NCBI GenBank assembly: GCA_963793865.1
Contig: CAWCBP010000013.1
Location: 1 to 40,129, forward strand
Reading direction: 5' to 3'
Length of the DNA: 40,129 bases
Source: an uncultured delta proteobacterium
GTDB lineage: Bacteria; Desulfobacterota; WTBG01
The notes under the pieces are model-generated. The model did no database searches, had not been told where the DNA came from, and saw only the letters and a program-made list of their open reading frames with translations. The position numbers and the translations under genes are program-made. This document shows, in pieces, positions 37,367 through 40,129 of the stretch (the stretch's first letter is position 1; every line of letters starts with the position of its first letter).

Positions 37367-37735
37367 ATGCAAAAGATTCTGATCTATAGTTTAATTCTCA
37401 CCTTTATTTTCCCCGCATACTGCTTTGCTAATCCACAAAGAAATCTGCCTACGGAACAGGAAATATTAGAAGGATTGCTATTGATTATCGAGGATGGGAA
37501 AGTGGCGGAGGGGGAGATGACTGCTTTCCTTGAAGCTCTGGATTTAGAAGATAGCCTTTCCTGGTCGCCGTGGGTTGCTGCTTATGCATCTGTAATAACA
37601 GTAATGGTCAAACTGATAACCTTAATTCATCAAACATTTGACTTATTGCCAGCACTAAACCTTGATTTAATTGTGCTATATTATGGGGGCCTTGCACTTA
37701 AGATTATATATCTCTTCAGTATTGAAATAGGGTGA
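37367..37735 (+). CDS. Hypothetical exported/membrane protein, paralog of 33468..33836
   Basis: GGAGG RBS; MQKILIYSLILTFIFPAYCFANPQRNLPTEQEILE..DGKV. Confidence 0.75.
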   Translation: MQKILIYSLILTFIFPAYCFANPQRNLPTEQEILEGLLLIIEDGKVAEGEMTAFLEALDLEDSLSWSPWVAAYASVITVMVKLITLIHQTFDLLPALNLDLIVLYYGGLALKIIYLFSIEIG

Positions 37736-37772
37736 GTGAGGCTATTGCACAAATTTAGCAAAGGGGGTCGGT

Positions 37773-38972
37773 ATGAAAAAATTAGTGACGGTATGTGCAG
37801 TGTTATTGGTTCTGCCTTTTATGGCATTTGCGGGTACTCTTCCCGATACAGGACAGACAAAATGCTATGATGATGTGGGTAATGAAATAAATCCATGCCC
37901 ACAACCGGGAGAGCCTTTCTACGGGCAAGATGCCAATTATGCACCCCGCAACCCCCATTCATATACCGACCTCGGCAATGGAATTGTGCGTGATAATGTC
38001 ACCGGCCTTGAGTGGCAGCAAGACCCTGCACACGGTACATACACTTGGGAACAAGCATTAGCTTATGCTGATACGCTATCTTTTTCGGGATATGATGACT
38101 GGCGTCTGCCGACGATAAAGGAACTTTCCACTCTGGTTAACGTCAGCATCCTATATCCCATAGATTCAGAATATTTCCCAAACACTTATTCGCGTAATTG
38201 GTCATCAACTAAAAATGCCCGCACTCCCGACAGAGCCTGCTATGTAAATTTCAACGATGGCAGCGTGGAGTGTTCTGCTCCATTATACTTCGACTCCAAT
38301 GTAATGGCGGTTCGTGGCGGGCCATCTGGACCTTTTGATGATTTGTTCAATTTAGAAGATAATGACGATGGAACAGTTACGGATTTGGAAACAGGTCTGA
38401 TGTGGCAGCAAGATACCGCTCCGGGCACCTACACGTGGAATCAGGCACTTTTCTATTGTGAAAACCTCACTCTTGAAGGACAAGATGACTGGCGATTACC
38501 CAACAGGAATGAGCTGCAGTCTATAATTGATTACAGTAGGTTTACTCCTTCCATAGACGCTGTTTTTAATGCCGAGTCGACCTATTATTGGACATCTACC
38601 ACATACATCCCATACGACAATGTTCTACCCTATGCCTGGGTGGTCAGTTTTGACAATGGCCTTATAAACTGCTGCGGCGATAAGAGGTCTCCGTTAGGTT
38701 ATGTACGGGCTGTTCGAAATGTTCAGAACGGGCTATTGTGCCCAATAGAATTGATTTATGGAGAGCACTCGGCACGAACGAAACGCCTTAGACATTTTCG
38801 TGATACTATCTTGAGTAAAACTTCAGAAGGTCAGGAGCTTATCAAACTGTATTATCAATGGAGCCCGGCTATCGTAAAGGCAATGGAAGAGGGTAAAGAG
38901 TTTAAGGGAGAGGTTAAGAGAATGATAGATTCTGTTCTGCCAATGATTGGGAAGGATATATTAGCACAATAA
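37773..38972 (+). CDS. Secreted protein with two DUF1566 (Lcl C-terminal-like) domains and a CFI-box-CTERM-like tail
   Basis: LPDTGQT; twice D..TGL.WQQ..DDWRLP..EL..W(S/T)ST..(V)AVR; tail CPIELIYG..LRHFRDTIL..GQELIKLYYQWSP. Confidence 0.85.
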   Translation: MKKLVTVCAVLLVLPFMAFAGTLPDTGQTKCYDDVGNEINPCPQPGEPFYGQDANYAPRNPHSYTDLGNGIVRDNVTGLEWQQDPAHGTYTWEQALAYADTLSFSGYDDWRLPTIKELSTLVNVSILYPIDSEYFPNTYSRNWSSTKNARTPDRACYVNFNDGSVECSAPLYFDSNVMAVRGGPSGPFDDLFNLEDNDDGTVTDLETGLMWQQDTAPGTYTWNQALFYCENLTLEGQDDWRLPNRNELQSIIDYSRFTPSIDAVFNAESTYYWTSTTYIPYDNVLPYAWVVSFDNGLINCCGDKRSPLGYVRAVRNVQNGLLCPIELIYGEHSARTKRLRHFRDTILSKTSEGQELIKLYYQWSPAIVKAMEEGKEFKGEVKRMIDSVLPMIGKDILAQ

Positions 38973-38999
38973 ATAACCAGACACTAAAAGGAGGGAATC

Positions 39000-39716
39000 A
39001 TGAAAAGATTAATTCTAATTTCAGCAGTATTAGTTGTATTTCTATTGTCACAATTTGCATCTATCGGTTGGGCGTCACCATGTTGTGATGGTGACTACAA
39101 TTGTGACAGTAAGGTAAATTTTCAGGACTATGTCGCATTTGTGGGGGATTTCGTAAGGGGATTACTGAACATAGACCCTTCGGAGATTTGTGGGAATGCG
39201 AATATTCCCGTTACAGGGCAGACCACGTCATATGCCACAGGTGATGATGGTGAATTACAAAAGGGTGTGCCATGGCCGAATCCACGGTTTACGGATAATG
39301 GAGATGGTACTGTAACGGACAATCTTACCGGACTGATATGGCTTAAAAATGCTGATTGTTTTGGAGGGAGGAAGTGGGAGGAGGCACTCACCGATTGCAA
39401 TGGATTAAATAGTGGAGAATGTGGACTCACGGATGGTTCCGTTGCCGGGGATTGGAGACTACCCAATAGAAGGGAGTTATTCAGCCTAGTTGATGATGCT
39501 TATTGGGGCCCTGCCTTGCCCAACACCGCAGGAACGGGACAGTGGACAGAGGGGGACCCCTTTAATAACGTGAAGGTCGACCCCTACTGGTCGTCTAATA
39601 CGGACGCCAGCTATATCGGCAGCGCGTGGTACGTGGGCGTGTTCGAGGGAGGCTACGTGGTCGGCGGTGAAAGGACAAACCTCCGCTACGTGTGGCCAGT
39701 GCGCGGCGGGCAATGA
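39000..39716 (+). CDS. Secreted DUF1566 protein with a dockerin-like N-terminal motif; candidate DGR target
   Basis: GDYNCDSKVNFQD; PVTGQT..RFTDNGDGTVTDNLTGLIW, DWRLPN, YWSS..AWYV..YVWPVRGGQ. Confidence 0.85.
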   Translation: MKRLILISAVLVVFLLSQFASIGWASPCCDGDYNCDSKVNFQDYVAFVGDFVRGLLNIDPSEICGNANIPVTGQTTSYATGDDGELQKGVPWPNPRFTDNGDGTVTDNLTGLIWLKNADCFGGRKWEEALTDCNGLNSGECGLTDGSVAGDWRLPNRRELFSLVDDAYWGPALPNTAGTGQWTEGDPFNNVKVDPYWSSNTDASYIGSAWYVGVFEGGYVVGGERTNLRYVWPVRGGQ

Positions 39717-39819
39717 TAGGTTATTTGATGATTTGCTCGGGAAGTATGCAAGGAGGCAGAGCGCACTCCTGCCTCTTTCTTTTCAGCGGCTTTAACTTAT
39801 GGGACTGGAATAAACTTCA

Positions 39820-40044
39820 TTACCCTTGAGCAACCTGGTAGATTACCGGGCGATACTGGGGAGGAGGTATGGGCTTCCTGTTCTTCTTTGCCGCATTAAG
39901 CCAGGCTTCCTTGGCTATGATCACTTCCTGCAAAGCCTCCTCGGGGGTTGTGCCGAAGGCTGAACAATGCTTCAAATCAGGTACATCAGCAATATAGCCT
40001 TCATCTTCTTCACTATAAAAAATATTTATGTGATAGTCCTTCAC
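39820..40044 (-). CDS. hicB: HicB family antitoxin
   Basis: YSEEDEGYIADVPDLKHCSAFGTTPEEAL..PIPPP. Confidence 0.9.
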   Translation of the reverse strand: MKDYHINIFYSEEDEGYIADVPDLKHCSAFGTTPEEALQEVIIAKEAWLNAAKKNRKPIPPPQYRPVIYQVAQG

Positions 40045-40129
40045 AAGGAATCCTCCATGGTAAGATTGTACTGTTCAATGAGTTGCAATAGCTGTTTTAT
40101 CTGATAGGGTTTTGCCTTCCCCTTGACGT
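40041..40129 (-). CDS. hicA: HicA family toxin, C-terminal part (5' end outside the window)
   Basis: Minus strand reads VKGKAKPYQIKQLLQLIEQYNLTMEDSL*; the TGA overlaps the hicB GTG. Confidence 0.75.
   Translation of the reverse strand, partial: VKGKAKPYQIKQLLQLIEQYNLTMEDSL

Noticed and set aside
37773..38730. DGR template repeat or second variable region in the double-DUF1566 gene
   Set aside because: No AAC-rich near-copy of 39561-39716 is visible here or elsewhere in the window, and these domains are internal and lack the GC-rich NNC pattern
1..40129. rRNA, tRNA, integrase, reverse transcriptase or phage genes
   Set aside because: None recognised by eye; a tRNAscan/Infernal run would be needed to exclude small RNAs

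Overview
Bacterial DNA, most consistent with an anaerobic Desulfobacterota (deltaproteobacterial) genome; this is inferred from gene content and repeat types. The GC-rich core (~4.3-31.9 kb) encodes an aldehyde:ferredoxin oxidoreductase, a His-type Thi4, an 11-gene stand-alone Mrp/Mnh antiporter cluster, an AAA+/VWA pair, a small redox cluster and MlaA. The redox cluster includes a DsbA-like selenoprotein missed by the ORF track (in-frame TGA in a UPWC motif with a SECIS-like hairpin). The core also holds an unusual co-oriented run: fumarase alpha/beta, minimal Sdh anchor, SdhA, SdhB, Rieske, cytochrome b, a small membrane protein and SucCD, with no cytochrome c subunit. The left end (1-4 kb) holds frameshift-fragmented genes: a TMTC-like TPR glycosyltransferase, a multiheme cytochrome c, and a magnetochrome-like heme domain fused to a PNPOx-like barrel. 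The AT-richer right end (32-40 kb) is an island of secreted repeat proteins bracketed by two HicAB modules. It includes a DUF1566 gene whose 3' end looks like a diversity-generating retroelement variable region; no RT or template repeat is visible in the window. Intergenic regions are dense with REP-like palindromes, MITE-like elements and 7-8 bp microsatellites. Many frameshifts are probably sequencing/assembly indels. All family calls come from motif recognition by eye, not from database searches.
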